64,000 bases of DNA from Cenococcum geophilum (taxonomy: Eukaryota). Location: contig CP158636.1 of NCBI GenBank assembly GCA_050273025.1, forward strand, positions 1,178,001-1,242,000, given 5' to 3'. A program made the translations under genes and the position numbers. Of the stretch, positions 23,801 through 36,975 are shown piece by piece; within the stretch, counting starts at the first letter, position 1; every line of letters begins with the position of its first letter. Below the pieces are notes generated by a model, which had not been told where the DNA came from, searched no databases, and worked only from the letters and a program-made list of their open reading frames with translations.

Positions 23801-26800
23801 GTATTCCTAGTACTGCCTTATTATTCCCTAATAGTAATATGTTGAAAGACATCTTAATCTATCCCCCTTTAATGGTTAACTAAACAGGTCCTATTTTAAG
23901 ATTAATAATACCTTCTCTATAGGCTATCGGATCTCCTAAAATCGTTACTAATAGGTAAGGGTGCTCCTTTTTACCATATAGTAACCCTATTCTTTTAACT
24001 ACTACTAGTAAGATATAGTTCCTTATTGCTCCACTATCTATTAGCGCTTTAAACTGTTAATCCTACTATTTAACTTGTAGATTTAGGTGTTATCCTTAAA
24101 TTCCTTTAAGGGTCTAAGGCTTTACTATTAGTTCCCTTTAGTTCTATAGGCCTCTACTTTTTCTAACTATTAGCTACTTAATCCTAGTTATATTTAGTCC
24201 GCCTTTAGCTAATACTTAGTTCGCTTTTTGTCTTTAATATACTATAGATATATATTCTCTAGGCATTCCCACTACTATTATTTATCTATGTCACGGGACA
24301 CCCCCGTAACACCTTGCACACGTCTACCTGTTTCCACCGACTCAGCAATTAAAGACTAACCGCGAAATGGCAATCTGACGGCAATCTACGGCATTCTGCC
24401 ATATTCTGCCAAGTTCCACCAAATTCTGCCAAGTTCTGCCAGGACCACGACCTGAACCCTATTCTGCCTATGTACGTGTTGACCAAGCAACCAAGTCAAC
24501 GATATATGCCCTTTCTTCCCGTTTCCCTACCTTCTTTCCTTACGCAACGTCTTGACTTTATCACGCAGTTTATGTACATAGCTTAATAATACCTACTTCG
24601 CTATATATTATCACCGCTTATGCTCACTCCGTGACAATCTAGGTATTTTTCTATAAGGAATCTTCCTAGTTAAAGTGTTAAGTCCCCTTAGCTTTATACT
24701 TCTACTAGGTGCTAATTATATATATATTTAGCGTTTTAATATTTTGCCTTATCTAATAATTAATATATCCTTACTAGATATTTTCGGTTTTTATTCTTTA
24801 GTGCTCTATATATATTGCACATATTATCTACGTACGCTATCTATACTAATATATAGTGTACTTAGTGTTTTAGGTTAACTCTTAGCTCGTCTTTATCCTT
24901 AAGTTTAAACCTCTCTTATATTAATCTGAGCGTTATAACTTTATTTATAGGTACTATAATTTACCTCTCGCTTTTTTAGTCCTCTAATTACTCCTTTAGA
25001 TCCTTTAACATTATAATTAAGGCTCCTTTAATATAACTTATAGCCTTTTCCGTAATTAGGTGGTCTTAGATAACTTTCTTATCTAACTACATATAGAAAT
25101 CTTCCCACTTATTATTATATTATTGCCTATACCACTTTTAATACAGCTGCTGGATTATATACGGCTTATCTGTAAGGAAGTATCTTCTTATTACTACATT
25201 GTAATAGCCCTTTATATATTGTTCTTTAAACCTAGTTAGAATTCCTAGATCCTCTTCTTATTCCAGTTTAGTAAGCCACTTAGCTCTTAGTGTGCCTACT
25301 CTAGGCCTATTAGTAATTCTTTATACGGGTGCTCTGTTCCTTATATAACCTAGTATACTAGATCTCTTATCTAGTTTCTAATCTTGCTATAAGGTAATTC
25401 TTGCTCTAAATTCCTCTATAGTTTCTTTTTTTTTTATATCTTATAAGTAGATCCCTAAAGTTATCTTACTTCTTAATTTTGGTATTAACTTTTTAATCTT
25501 TAGGCTAAACACTACGTTCCCCTAGTAAGTCTTCTAGGTCTATATACCTATCTCCTAATCTAACCACTATTTATACTGTAGATTCTCTAATCTATAAAGA
25601 AGCCTCTTACCTCTTTCTTATAGGTGTTCTTATTCGTACTCCGAATTCTTAGTCCCTTAGATTCTTTAATCCTAAGTTTGCTTCTAACTTAAGCTTTACT
25701 CCTGCCTTAGTCTAACTAGGCTTACTTAGTGTTCTTATCTCGTCTTAAGCCTATGGGAAACTCTATTCCGAGCTTATTCGTATATCTTTAAACTAAGCTA
25801 CTACTCTGCTCTATCGGTTTCTATCCGTTATAGGTTCTTAAGCTTACCTTATCTCGTCTTAAGAATCTTGGTTGTCTTGCATCTTATCTTAAGAATCTTA
25901 AGCCTTTGGCCTTTTGCCTTTATTGAGTGCCGAAGTAGTTTACTATCCTACTTCTCTTGCGTCTTGTAAAGCGATAGATATCGTATCTAGTAGGGTCTTG
26001 ATCCCTACTAATATTCCCTATTCTATAGTGGAATTATCCTCTACCTTTTATATAACATCTCTAAGGTTTATACGTTTCTAGTAAACTGCCTTTATTGCCT
26101 TATTGTTATAAAATGTTTCGCCTATATTAAATTTATTGTCCTTAATATCCGATCTACGAACTAGTTTATTAGTTCCTTTATATTCTACTAAATATAGCTC
26201 TTATAGCTAATAGCTTGCGCCGTACTTAGCGTCTTTATAAATTTAGTATACGTTATTGTAATAAAACGCAAAACTTCTAATTAAATATTCTTTTATTCCT
26301 TATAGTACACTATTATCCCTCTATATATATGTATCTCCTATTATTAGTCTAGTTCCCTTTATTGCATAGTATCTCTAACTATCTTTATAATCCCTTACAA
26401 AATAACCTTATTTCCCATAATTTATATAAGCTCTATCTTTAAACTATTAACTTTGCTATAGAGTCCGCCTAAACGTCTTCTACTGCTAAGATCCTTAGTT
26501 TAGCCTCTGCTCCCTAGTCCTATAATTACTAAATCCTTAACCTTTAGGTTTCTACGGTTTCTTACTCTATCTCTTATAGGCTTCTTTAGTACTACTTAGG
26601 TCCATTAGCTCTGCGCCATACTATAGTTTTTAATTTAGCTTTAGTTATTGCGTACTCTACGCCTTATATAACTATAGAACTTTATCCTAGCCTCTCTTAG
26701 CCTATTCCCTTTAGTAGGTCCTATTATTAATCTTAATTACTTAATCTATTAATTCCCGTAGGGTGTCCATATCTTCTATTAGGATAATTACGTCCTAGAC

Positions 26801-27433
26801 TTTAGCCTTAAGTCCCTATTTATATTATGCTATAAGCGCCCTATTATTCCACTTAACTTGCGTAGCTAATGTCTAGAACTATATTATGTACTTAATTGCT
26901 AAGGTCCATTGCGTAATATCTTGGAGTTTTCTTTCCGCCGTAGTTACTGCCTCTAGGTCTCTAAATATTTGTATAAGTTGCTCTGTAAACCCCTCCTAGC
27001 TTAAGAATATAAATTGCACCTCCTAATTAGTGGTTGTTATTCCATTTACCTGTATTTCCGTAAGGTAAAGCTTAAACCACTTAAGTACTCTTCCTAACAG
27101 GAATAGTCCTGTATAGGCTATTCGATCTATAGGTGTTACTAGCTTTACTCCTTCTTATATAACCTTAAAGTATATTTGCGTAAGGAATCCTTTAAGCTTT
27201 AATTTCTCTTCTAAGAATCTTTTAATTAATAGTAATTTAACCTTTACTGCGCCTATCCCATTAATCCTATTTTCTAACGTTATATTATTTTCTATTAGCT
27301 AGTTAACTATCTCTTATAATTGTCCAACCGTTATAGGTTGCTGTGAGCTAGTATCTGCTATACTAGTGTTATTACCTAACCTTAAAGTAGTTGCCGCCGT
27401 TAATAGCGTCGTGGTGGCTGCTTTTGGTGGCAT
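20757..27433 (-). pseudogene. gag-pol: A2 gag-pol
   Basis: Intact ATG (CAT 27431-27433) giving MPPKAATTT; same domains as A1. Confidence 0.9.
24289..24636. mobile_element. Solo LTR of an unrelated family (D), 348 bp, not RIPed
   Basis: TGTCACGG...CCGTGACA termini. TSD ATCTA at 24284-24288 and 24637-24641. Internal ATTCTGCC repeats. Confidence 0.92.
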
Positions 27434-27907
27434 ATTATTTAACTTTTTATATTTAATACTATAACTAGGTAGTAATTGTGTAATAGAACCTTGTAGTAAG
27501 AACTACAATAGGCTTATTATTAGGCTAGGTGTATAGGTAATATAAATTAAAGTTAACAACGTAATAGCAATTGGTAGAGTGGTTGCCTAATAGATTAGCT
27601 TTAATTATATTCTGAGAATTACTACAAGGAAGGAACTATCTAGGTAGGGATTAAGGGTCCTTAAATATATAACTGTACTCCTATAAAATCCTCCTTATAC
27701 GTAATGTACGTGTACTTTATCTACTCTGTTATAGATTATATAGATCCTATAGATTATATAGATCACGTCACGTGATCTTAGTTACTATTCCTCGTTATAT
27801 AGCTCTATTGGCTCTATCCTGGACCGTGCCTAAATTAACTAACTAACTTCTTCCGACTCCTCTCCAAGTAGTTATAATATCGTACTTAAAGCGTCCGTAA
27901 CATTATA

Positions 27908-28004
27908 TAGTCTTTACAGTTCTATATATATTAATTAATATTCGCAACTATTTTTAGCCAATAGTAGCGGTAGTTAATAATTTTACGGGTTTTATTCTTA
28001 CTAA
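27908..28004 (-). pseudogene. pol: Gypsy family E integrase zinc-finger fragment
   Basis: Minus strand reads KNKTRKIINYRYYWLKIVANIN*YI*NCKD (HHCC region). The A3 TSD joins it to 36976. Confidence 0.75.
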
Positions 28005-28496
28005 TATAACGAAACCTTATAGCAAGAACTACAATAGGCTCGTTATTAGGCTAGGTATATAGGTGATATAAGTTAAAGTTAATAACGTAATAATAACTGG
28101 TGGGGTGGTTGCCTAATAGATTAACTCTAATTATATTCTAAGAATTACTATAAGGAAGGAACTATCTAGGTAGGGACTAAGGGTCCTTAAATATGCAACT
28201 ATACTCCTATAAAATCCTTCTTATACGTAATATACGTCTTATATATAAGGTATATAAGTTCCTCTTATTTCTCTTATTTAATACGTAGCACATTATATAA
28301 CCTTAGTTACTATTCCTCGTTATATAGTTCTACTAGCTCCATTCTAAACCGTGCCTAAATTAACTAACTAGCTTCTTTCGACTCTTCCCTAAGTAGTTAT
28401 AACATTATACTTAGAGCGTCCGTAACACTATCTCCCTCCTCTTTATCTTTATCCTTAAAGATTTAAAATATCTCTAAGTCGTTTACTAGAGGTGTA

Positions 28497-30235
28497 ATGT
28501 CCGTCTAATTAATTTGGTTAATATCTTACTTATTATACTTAAAGCAATTTCTTCTCTATACGCCTAATGTTGTGCTTGCACTATTGCTATAATATTATCT
28601 CTTAGTAAGATTATACCGTCTCCGTGTTCTTGTTGTTTTAAAGAGGGATTGGTTTATATTACGTTGGCGAACCCTTTTTTGCAATAACCGTCCTCTTACT
28701 TAAAGTGCACTAAAGCGAATATTTGTTTGTCCTATAACGTTCGCTCTACTTCTAATACTAAATATACGCGACCTATTACTCCTAATAGCCGTCTAGTTCC
28801 CTAATTAATTTGTCTTAGGGTTTTGTGTTTAATCTGCTGCTATGCGGCTAGATAGTAAACTATCTTAAGCCCTTACTAAGTTAGAATGTTCTTATAAAGC
28901 AGAACAGAAGGCCCTAGATGCTTATATTGCGGCGTCTGCTTATTTACTCCGTCTTAAGAAGGTTTATAAGAAGGTTTATTTTAAAGAGTAGAAACTTAGT
29001 AATAAAAGAACAAATTTTCCTCTAATAGAGAAGGAAATAGATCTAAGTAGCTCGGCAACTGCTCTTTTTAGGTCCCCCTTAGGTGACTTATTCTTTAGCG
29101 ATCCTTCCTTATTAATACTACCTGACCTAATCTCTTCCGATACTCCTATACCTAGCCGTCGAAATCGGACTCTGTACCTGTACGTGGTGATGGCTACGAA
29201 CCTGGTCTTTGAAGTTCAGATCTAGAGCTAACGCAGAGACGTTGTATAGCGTGCGGACAGGACCTGTGGTGGTTGTAGGCGTTAAGGGCGGTGGTGAAAA
29301 ATTTTCAGATGGTGAGATCTTGAAAACCACTACTGTTGGCTCTCTACAGTACGATAACTACTACATTCTCCTATTCAGGGCACCTGTATGATCCAACATG
29401 GATGCACAGTATTCGATATCACCCCCCGTCCCCTAGTGGAAAGCATTAATGACCTCACATTAATAAATAGGTAAACGTGAACAAACGAATAAACAAGCAA
29501 ATATACGGCCCCTCCTAACCCCTAGGGCGATCGCCTATGGAGCATGCGGTCACTTGCTGTACTGCTATAATACTACTAAAAGCGGCAGCTGGATAACCCC
29601 GTACGGTTTTCCTTGTCTCCTCTTAACGGAGTGGTACCCTTAGAGAGGGCCTAGTGACTGGGGCCTAGGTATAAAAGATACCCAGATACACACACATACA
29701 CATCCCGCTTTTATCTTTTAGTTTTAGGATAGTAGATTGGATGAATCCCCCTTACGCCTTCGATAGGCCTTAGGGGGGGGGGAGGTATAGCGTATATGGT
29801 AATGGTTAATAAGAGACAGTATATAGGGGTGGTTAGGATATGGGGTATAACTATAAGCATATAGCAATTGATCGGCAAGGCCTAGCTAGGACGTAGTGAA
29901 CCCTAGCTTTGGATAAGCTAGAGAAGGAAGTAGTGGTTTCTAAGGAGTTCGAAACATCTAAGGAGGAGGACGAGCTGTAGGCCCGTAGGGCCGCTACTTA
30001 TGCAGGTATGGCAATTCGGGGTTTTTTATCCTACTAAGGTGGCTCATAGGGTTTTTCCTCCCCCCAATAGCAAGGGGTTTTTCCTGTTAATATTACTTTC
30101 CCCTTGTGTACGGAGTAGTCTGCGTGGGCCTAGATAGGATCCGTATTAGACGTTAATTAAAGAATCTACTAATCTACTACTACTCCTATACCTTTCCTAT
30201 AGCGTTCTTTAAATTCTCTAGTAGTTTCTAGGTAG
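28497..30235 (+). pseudogene. A3 antisense accessory ORF (interrupted by 29154-30180); putative intron 28764-28818
   Basis: ATG at 28497; PSPCSCCFKEGLV; branch-like CTAAT and TAG acceptor; then RLDSKLS*ALTKLE..AEQKALDA..LLRLKKV (coiled-coil-like). Confidence 0.65.
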
Positions 30236-33200
30236 TCTTAGTATAGCCTATCTACTTAACCTCGTACTATGTTTTATTATTAATGTCCTTATAACTAACA
30301 ATCTTTAAAACTTGCTATTTGTCTTTTTCCTATCCTCTATACGTGTCTACTTTATAGACCGGTGGCTTAATATTTCCGTATACTAGCTCTAGTATTGCGA
30401 TATGCTGTATAGGGTAAATTTTTATCTTAGCTAGTAGGTTTAACTTAAACGTGACTGGTGAAATCCTTTACGTAATTTTAAAAGGTCCTAGTCTAACATA
30501 GTCCAACTTCTTACTTAGTCGTTAACTCTTAAAATTTTTATATAGTAGCTATACTTTATCTCCCTCCTTAAGATCTAGTCCCTTAGATCTCTTAGCATTA
30601 TAATACTTTTTTATTCTCTCTTATACCTTTTTTACTAATTCTATAAGGTCTATATAAAGATTTATTAACGTCTTTATTCTCTCTTTTACTATACTACTTA
30701 TTTTCTTCGCTTGCCATAGTAATAATAATGTTCTTAGCTTATATCCGTAATTTGCCTTAAATAGTAATATACCTATCCCTTCTTAAGGTGTTATATTATA
30801 TGTAAACTATATAACTAATAATAGCAATACCTAATTATTCTGTGTATAATTAATATAATGCCTTAAATACTGTTCTAATATCTAATTTAATCTTTCTATC
30901 TAACCGTCTGTCTGCGGATAATATGCGGTAGAAGTTACTACTCTAACTCTTTACTCCGCTAAGAATACCTCCTAAAATGCTGCTATAAATCTTAAATCCC
31001 TATCTAATATAGTTTTACTTAGTACTCTATATTTTATAGACACTTCTTTAATATAGATTTTAGCGATATCTTCTGCTAATATTTTTTCTGTGTATACTAT
31101 AAAGTATCCCTACTTTATAAGCTTATCTACTATTACTAAGATTACGTTATGGTCTTATCCGGTAATAGGATCTCTTAACTTAGGTAACTTAATAATAAAG
31201 TCCTATAATATAACCTCCTATAGTCTCTCTGGTATTTTAATAGGTTGTAGCCCTCTATATGGCTTATACTTTATTAGTTTATTCCTTTAGCAATTTAGAC
31301 ACTCCTTTATTACTTTTTTTATAATATTCTAGATTCTATTAATAATATACTCCTCTTAAAGTCTTAACACTAAGCCTATAGCTCCATTATGTCCTTAAGT
31401 TAGTCCCTTATAGAAGTCCTCTACGAACTACTCTACTATACTTCTTAGGATATACTTTACTTCTTAGTTTTCGTATATATCTATCTATAGATCTTATAGC
31501 TATGCTTTTAGAATTCTTTATACCTAAAAGCTCTTTAGTATCTTATAGACCTTTTCTAGTTCCTCGTTTTCTTAAGTTGCTGCGATCTTTAGATAATTAT
31601 ACCTAATTAATCCGTCTATATCTTTTCGCAGTAAAGCCCCTAATGGCTTTTTATTATTTTATAATTCAGCCTTTTAACTTAGAGTATCTGCTTGCGTGTT
31701 GTCTATACCCTTAGTATACTAAATTTTAAAATAGTATTCTGTAAGCATCTCTACCTATCTAACCTATCTTTAGTTAAGTTCCTTTATTATTAAAAATCCT
31801 ATTAGGTTCTTATAATCCGTTTTAACCATAAATAGTTTCTCTATGCCTTATAAGAATGCTCTCTATTCTTTTAGTGCTGTAACTATCCTTAATAACTCCT
31901 TATTGTAAATATTATAGTTTAACTCTAGTGGTGTTATCTTTCGACTATAGTATGCCACTAGGTGCTATTTATTTTAATATTTTTATATAAAGTATGCCCC
32001 TAGTGTATAGTCTAATACATCCGTTTTTATAACCGTCTTTAGTCCTAGTTAATAGATCTTAAGAACTAGCTCCTAGGTAAACAACTCTTTAACCTTTTTA
32101 AATAACTCTTACTATTCCCTTCCCCATGCCTATAGTTCTTCTTTCTTCATTAATTGCGTAAATAGTTTAATATCCTTTAACTATTACTCTATAAACCTTC
32201 TATAGTAATTACAAAACCCTAGAAATAACCTTAACTGTATTACATTCTCTAGTTCTTACCAATTTACTATAGCCTTAATCTTTTTTAGATCTATGCTAAG
32301 TTAGCCTAGTTTAATAATAAATTTAACAAAATCTGTCTTCCTTATAAAGAACTTATATTTCTTAATTGCTACTAGCATCTATTCTTCTTATAGTCTCTAT
32401 AAAACCTATTTAACGTATTCTCCGTGCTCTTCCTTAGTTATAAAATAGATAATAATATTGTTAAGGTATACTATAACAAATTCATCTAAGTATTCTCCTA
32501 ATATATTATTAATACGCTTCTAGAACGTTGCTAATGCGTTTATAAGCCCGAATTATATAACTAATAGTTTATATAGTCCTTCCTTTAACCTAAAGGCTGC
32601 CTTTTATTTATTGCCTTCCTTAATCCGGATCTAATAGTACGCCTATCTTAGATCTATCTTTATAAAGATTTACGCGTTGCCTATTCTATCTTAGATTTTA
32701 CTAATTAAGGGTAAAGAATACCTATCCTTTTAAGTAATGCTGTTTAACTGTTTATAGTCAATATATAGCCTTACTTTGCCGTTCTTCTTTAGTATAAACA
32801 GTACTAGATAACCCGCTAATAACTGCGATGGTCTAATATATCCGTTTTATAAGTTTTTCTAAATAAACTCTTTAAGTGCTCTACCTTCTTCTTTAGTAAG
32901 CTTATAGATTAGAAAGAACCTTAGACTTATTCCTAGTTCTAATTCTATCTTATAGTCCTATACTATATAATCTAATAGCTTTTTACTTTTTAGTAACTAT
33001 AGTTTCTTGCTATACTTATAGTATCTCTTTAGTATATAACTTAAGCCTCGCTTAGTCTCCTTATATATCACTCCAACTTAGTACTATACTATCTTAGCTT
33101 GTTGTTATATCTTCCAGCATTAAGTATCTCTAATATTAACCTGGCCTGTAATCCAATCAATTTTTAGATTATATTCCTATAATTAAGGCATCCCTAATAC

Positions 33201-36200
33201 TACCTTATCCCGTCCCAATGGTAGGATATTAAAAGATATCTTAATTCGTTTTCCTTTAATGGTTATCTAAATAGGTCCTATTTTAAGATTAATAATCCCT
33301 CCTCCGTAGGCTATTAGATCTTTTAAAATTATAACTAATAGGTAAAATTGCTCCTTCTATCTATAAGGTAGCCTTATTCTCTTAACTACTACTAGTAAGA
33401 TATGGTTTCGCATTACTCTACTATCTATTAGCGCTTTAAACTGTTAATCTTACCATTTAACTCTTAAATTTAGGTGTTGTCCTTAAATTCCTTTAAGGGT
33501 CTAAGGCTCTACTACTGGCTCCCTCTAGTCCCGTAAGCCTCTACTTTTCCTAATTATTAGCTACTTAATCCTATTATACTTAGCTTATTCTTTAGCTAAT
33601 GCCTAGTTTACTTTTTATCTTTAATATACCATAGATATATATTTTCTAAGTATTCCCACTACTATCGTCCGTCTAAGTATTCTTCTGTAAGGAATCTTCC
33701 TAGTTAAAGTATTAAATCCCCTTTCTTTTAGACTTCTGCTAGATGCTATCTGTGCATATATTTGGCATTTTTATACTATTATTTATCTATTATCCAGTAT
33801 ATCCTTATAGGGTATTTCTAATTATTTTCTTTTAGATTCTTATATATTTCGTATATATCGTCTATATAGGTAATCCATAATAGCGTATAGTATACTAGGT
33901 ACTTTAGGTTAACTCTTAGCTTATCTTCACCCTTAAGTTTAAACCTTTATCGTACTAATCTAAACGTTATAGCTTTATTCGCAGGTATTAAGATACATCT
34001 CTTACTTCTCTAGTCCTCTAATTATTCTTCTAGATCCTTTAATATTATAATTAAGGCTCCTTTAATATAACTTATAGCCTTTTCTATAATTAGGTGGTCC
34101 TAAATAACTTTCTTATCTAACTATATATAGAAATCTTCCCACTTATTATTATGTCGCTGTCTATACTACTTTTAGTATAGCTATTAGAGTATATATAGCT
34201 TATCCATAAAGAAGTATCTTCTTATTACTGCGTTGTAATAGCCCTTTATGTGTTGTTTTTTAAACCTAGTAGGAATTCCTAAATCCTCTTTATTTTCCAG
34301 TTCGGTAAGCCACTTAGCTCTTAGTATACCTGCCCTAGGCCTATTAGTAATTCTTTATACTAGCGCTCTGCCCCTTATATGTCCCAATATATTAGATCTC
34401 TTATCTAGTTTCTATTCTTACTATGCAATAATTCTTTACCTAAACTCTTCTATGGTTTCTTTTAGTTTACGTCTTGTAGATTAATCCTTAAAGTCTTCTT
34501 ACTTCTTAATCTTGGTATTAACTTTTTAATCTTTAGGCCAAATACTATATTCCCCTAGTAAGTCCTCTAGGTCTATATATCTATCTCCTAGTCTAACTGC
34601 CGTTTATACTATAGATTCTCTAATCTATAAAGAAGCTCCTTGCCTCCTATTTATAGGTGTCCTTATTTATACTCCAAATTCTTAACCCCTTAGATTCTTT
34701 AATCCTAAGCTTGCTTCTATCTTAAGCTTAGCTTTAGCCTTAGTCTAACTAGGCTTACTTAGTATTCTTATCTTATCTTAAAAGTCTTAAATCTTACTTA
34801 TCTCGTCTTAAGAGTTTTATGCCTTTAGGAAACTTCGTCCTAAGCTTATTTATATATTACTGAACTAAGCCGTTACTCTACTCTATCGGTTATTGTCCGT
34901 TATAGGTCCTTAAGCTTACCTTATCTCGTCTTAAGAATCTTAGTTATCTCGCATCTCGTTATAAAAGTCTTAAGTCTTTAGCCTTTTGCCTTTATTAAGT
35001 ACCAAAGTGGCTTACTATCCTACTTCTCTTACATCTTGCGAAGCGATAGATATTATATCTAGCGGGGTCTTAATCCCTACTAATGTTCCCTATTCTATAG
35101 TGGAATTATCTTCTACCTTTAGTATAACATCTCTAATAGCCGCGCGTTCCTAGTAAACCGCCTTTATTACCTTATTATCACGAAATGCTTCGCCTATGTT
35201 AAATTTATTGTCCTTAATATCCGATCTGCGAGCTAGTTCGTTAGTTCCTCTATATCCTATAGGTACTGGCTCTTATAGCCAATAGCTTGCGCCGTACTTA
35301 GCGTCCTTATAAATTTGGCATGCGTTGTTATAATAAAACACGAAACTTCTAATTAAATATTCTTTTGTTCCTCGCAGCATATTATCGTCCCTCTATACGT
35401 ATATATCGTCTACTAGTCTCATCCCTTTTACTATATAGTGACTCTACCTACTTCTATAGTCTCTAACGTAATAACCTTATTTCCCACAATTTATATAAGC
35501 TCCCTCTTTAAACCATTTTTCTTGCTATAGAGTCCGCCTAAACGTCTTCTACTACTAAGATCCCTGGTTTAGCCTCTGCTCCTTAGACCTTTAATTACTT
35601 AATTCTTGTCCTCTAGGTTTCTATAGTCGTTTACTCTATCTTTTATAGGCTTCTTTAGTACTACTTAGGTCCATTGGCTCTACGCTATACCACGGTTTTT
35701 AACTTAGCTTTAGTTATTATATACTCTGCGCCTTATACGACTATAAAACTCTGTTCTAGCCTCTCTTAGCCTATTCCCTTTAGTAGATCTAATTGTTAAT
35801 CTTAATTACTTAATCTATTAGTTCCATTAGGGTGTCCGTATCTTCTATTAGGATAATTATATCCTAGACTTTAGCCTTAAGTCCTTGCTTATACTGTGCT
35901 ATAAGCGCCTTATTATTTTACTCTACTTACGTCGCTAACGTCTGGAACTATATTGTGTACTCTATTACTAAGGTTTATTACGTAATGTTTTAGAGTTTTC
36001 TTTCCGCTATAGTTACTGCCTCTAGGTCTCTAAACATTTATATAAGTCGCTCTGTAAACCCTTCCCAGCTTAAGAACATAAATCGTACCTTTTGGTTAGT
36101 GGTCGTCATTCTATTTGCCTGGATTTCTGTAAGGTAAGGCTTAAACCACTTAAGTGCTCTTTTTGTTAGGAACAATCCTGCATACGCTATTCGATCTATA

Positions 36201-36502
36201 GGTATTACTAGCTTTACTCCCTCTTATGCAACCTTAAAGTGCATTTACGTAAGGAATCCTTTAAGCTTTAATCTCACTCCTAAGTATCTTTCGATCGATA
36301 GTAACTTAACCTTTACTACGCCTATTCCGTTAATCCTATTTTTTAACGTTATATTGTTTTCTATTAGCTAGTTAACTATCTCTTATAGTTATCCAACCGT
36401 TACAGGTTGCTATAAGTCAGTATCTACTATACTGGTGTCGTTACCTGACCTTAAAGTAGTTGCCGCCGTCAATAGCGTTATAGTGGCTGCTTTTAGTGGT
36501 AT
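29095..36502 (-). pseudogene. gag-pol: A3 gag-pol
   Basis: Colinear with A1 and A2; RT YLNN near 32455-32470. Confidence 0.9.
29154..30180 (+). mobile_element. Non-LTR retroposed insertion (SINE-like or non-autonomous LINE derivative), composite, 1027 bp
   Basis: 13-bp TSD TACTCCTATACCT at 29141-29153 and 30181-30193. 3' tail AATCTACT-AATCTACTAC. 3' stem TACGGA..TCCGTA. No TIR or LTR. Confidence 0.8.
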
Positions 36503-36975
36503 ATTGTTTGACTTTCTATACTTAATACCGTAACTAGGTAGTAATTGTGTAACGGAACCTTGTAGCAAGAACTACAATAGGCTCGTTATTGGGCTAGGTA
36601 TATAGGTGATATGAGTTAAAGTTAACAACGTAATAATAACTAGTAGAGTGGTTGCCTAATAGATTAACTCTAATTATATTCTAAGAATTACTATAAGAAA
36701 GGAACTATCTAGGTAGGGACCGAGGGTCCTTAAATACGCAACCGTACTCCTATAAAATCCTTCTTATACGTAATATACGTCTTGTATATAAGGTACGTAA
36801 GTTCCTCTTATTCCTCTCGTTTAATACGTAGCACATTATGTAACCTCGGTTACTATTCCTCGTCACATAGTTCTACTGGCTCCATCCTAGACCGTGCCTG
36901 AATTAACCAACTAGCTTCTTCCGACTCTTCCCTAAGTAGTTATAACATCGTACTTAGAGCGTCCGTAATAACTAA

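Larger units (their letters stand above)
19621..27902 (-). mobile_element. Chromovirus family A, copy A2, full length
   Basis: LTRs 19621-20044 and 27479-27902 (424 bp each). TSD TTATA at 19616-19620 and 27903-27907. Colinear with A1. Confidence 0.96.
28005..36970 (-). mobile_element. Chromovirus family A, copy A3, full length, with a non-LTR insertion
   Basis: LTRs 28005-28427 and 36548-36970 (423 bp each). TSD ACTAA at 28000-28004 and 36971-36975. Confidence 0.96.

Noticed and set aside
29127..29391. 67-aa and 60-aa ORFs as host genes
   Set aside because: They are short, lack a canonical ATG start or recognisable motif, and lie in or straddle the edge of the retroposed insert. At most they reflect a transduced fragment.
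29500..29700. HDV-like or hammerhead ribozyme
   Set aside because: Stems are present, but I could not place a CUGANGA/GAAA core or the HDV pseudoknot topology by eye, so it is left unassigned.
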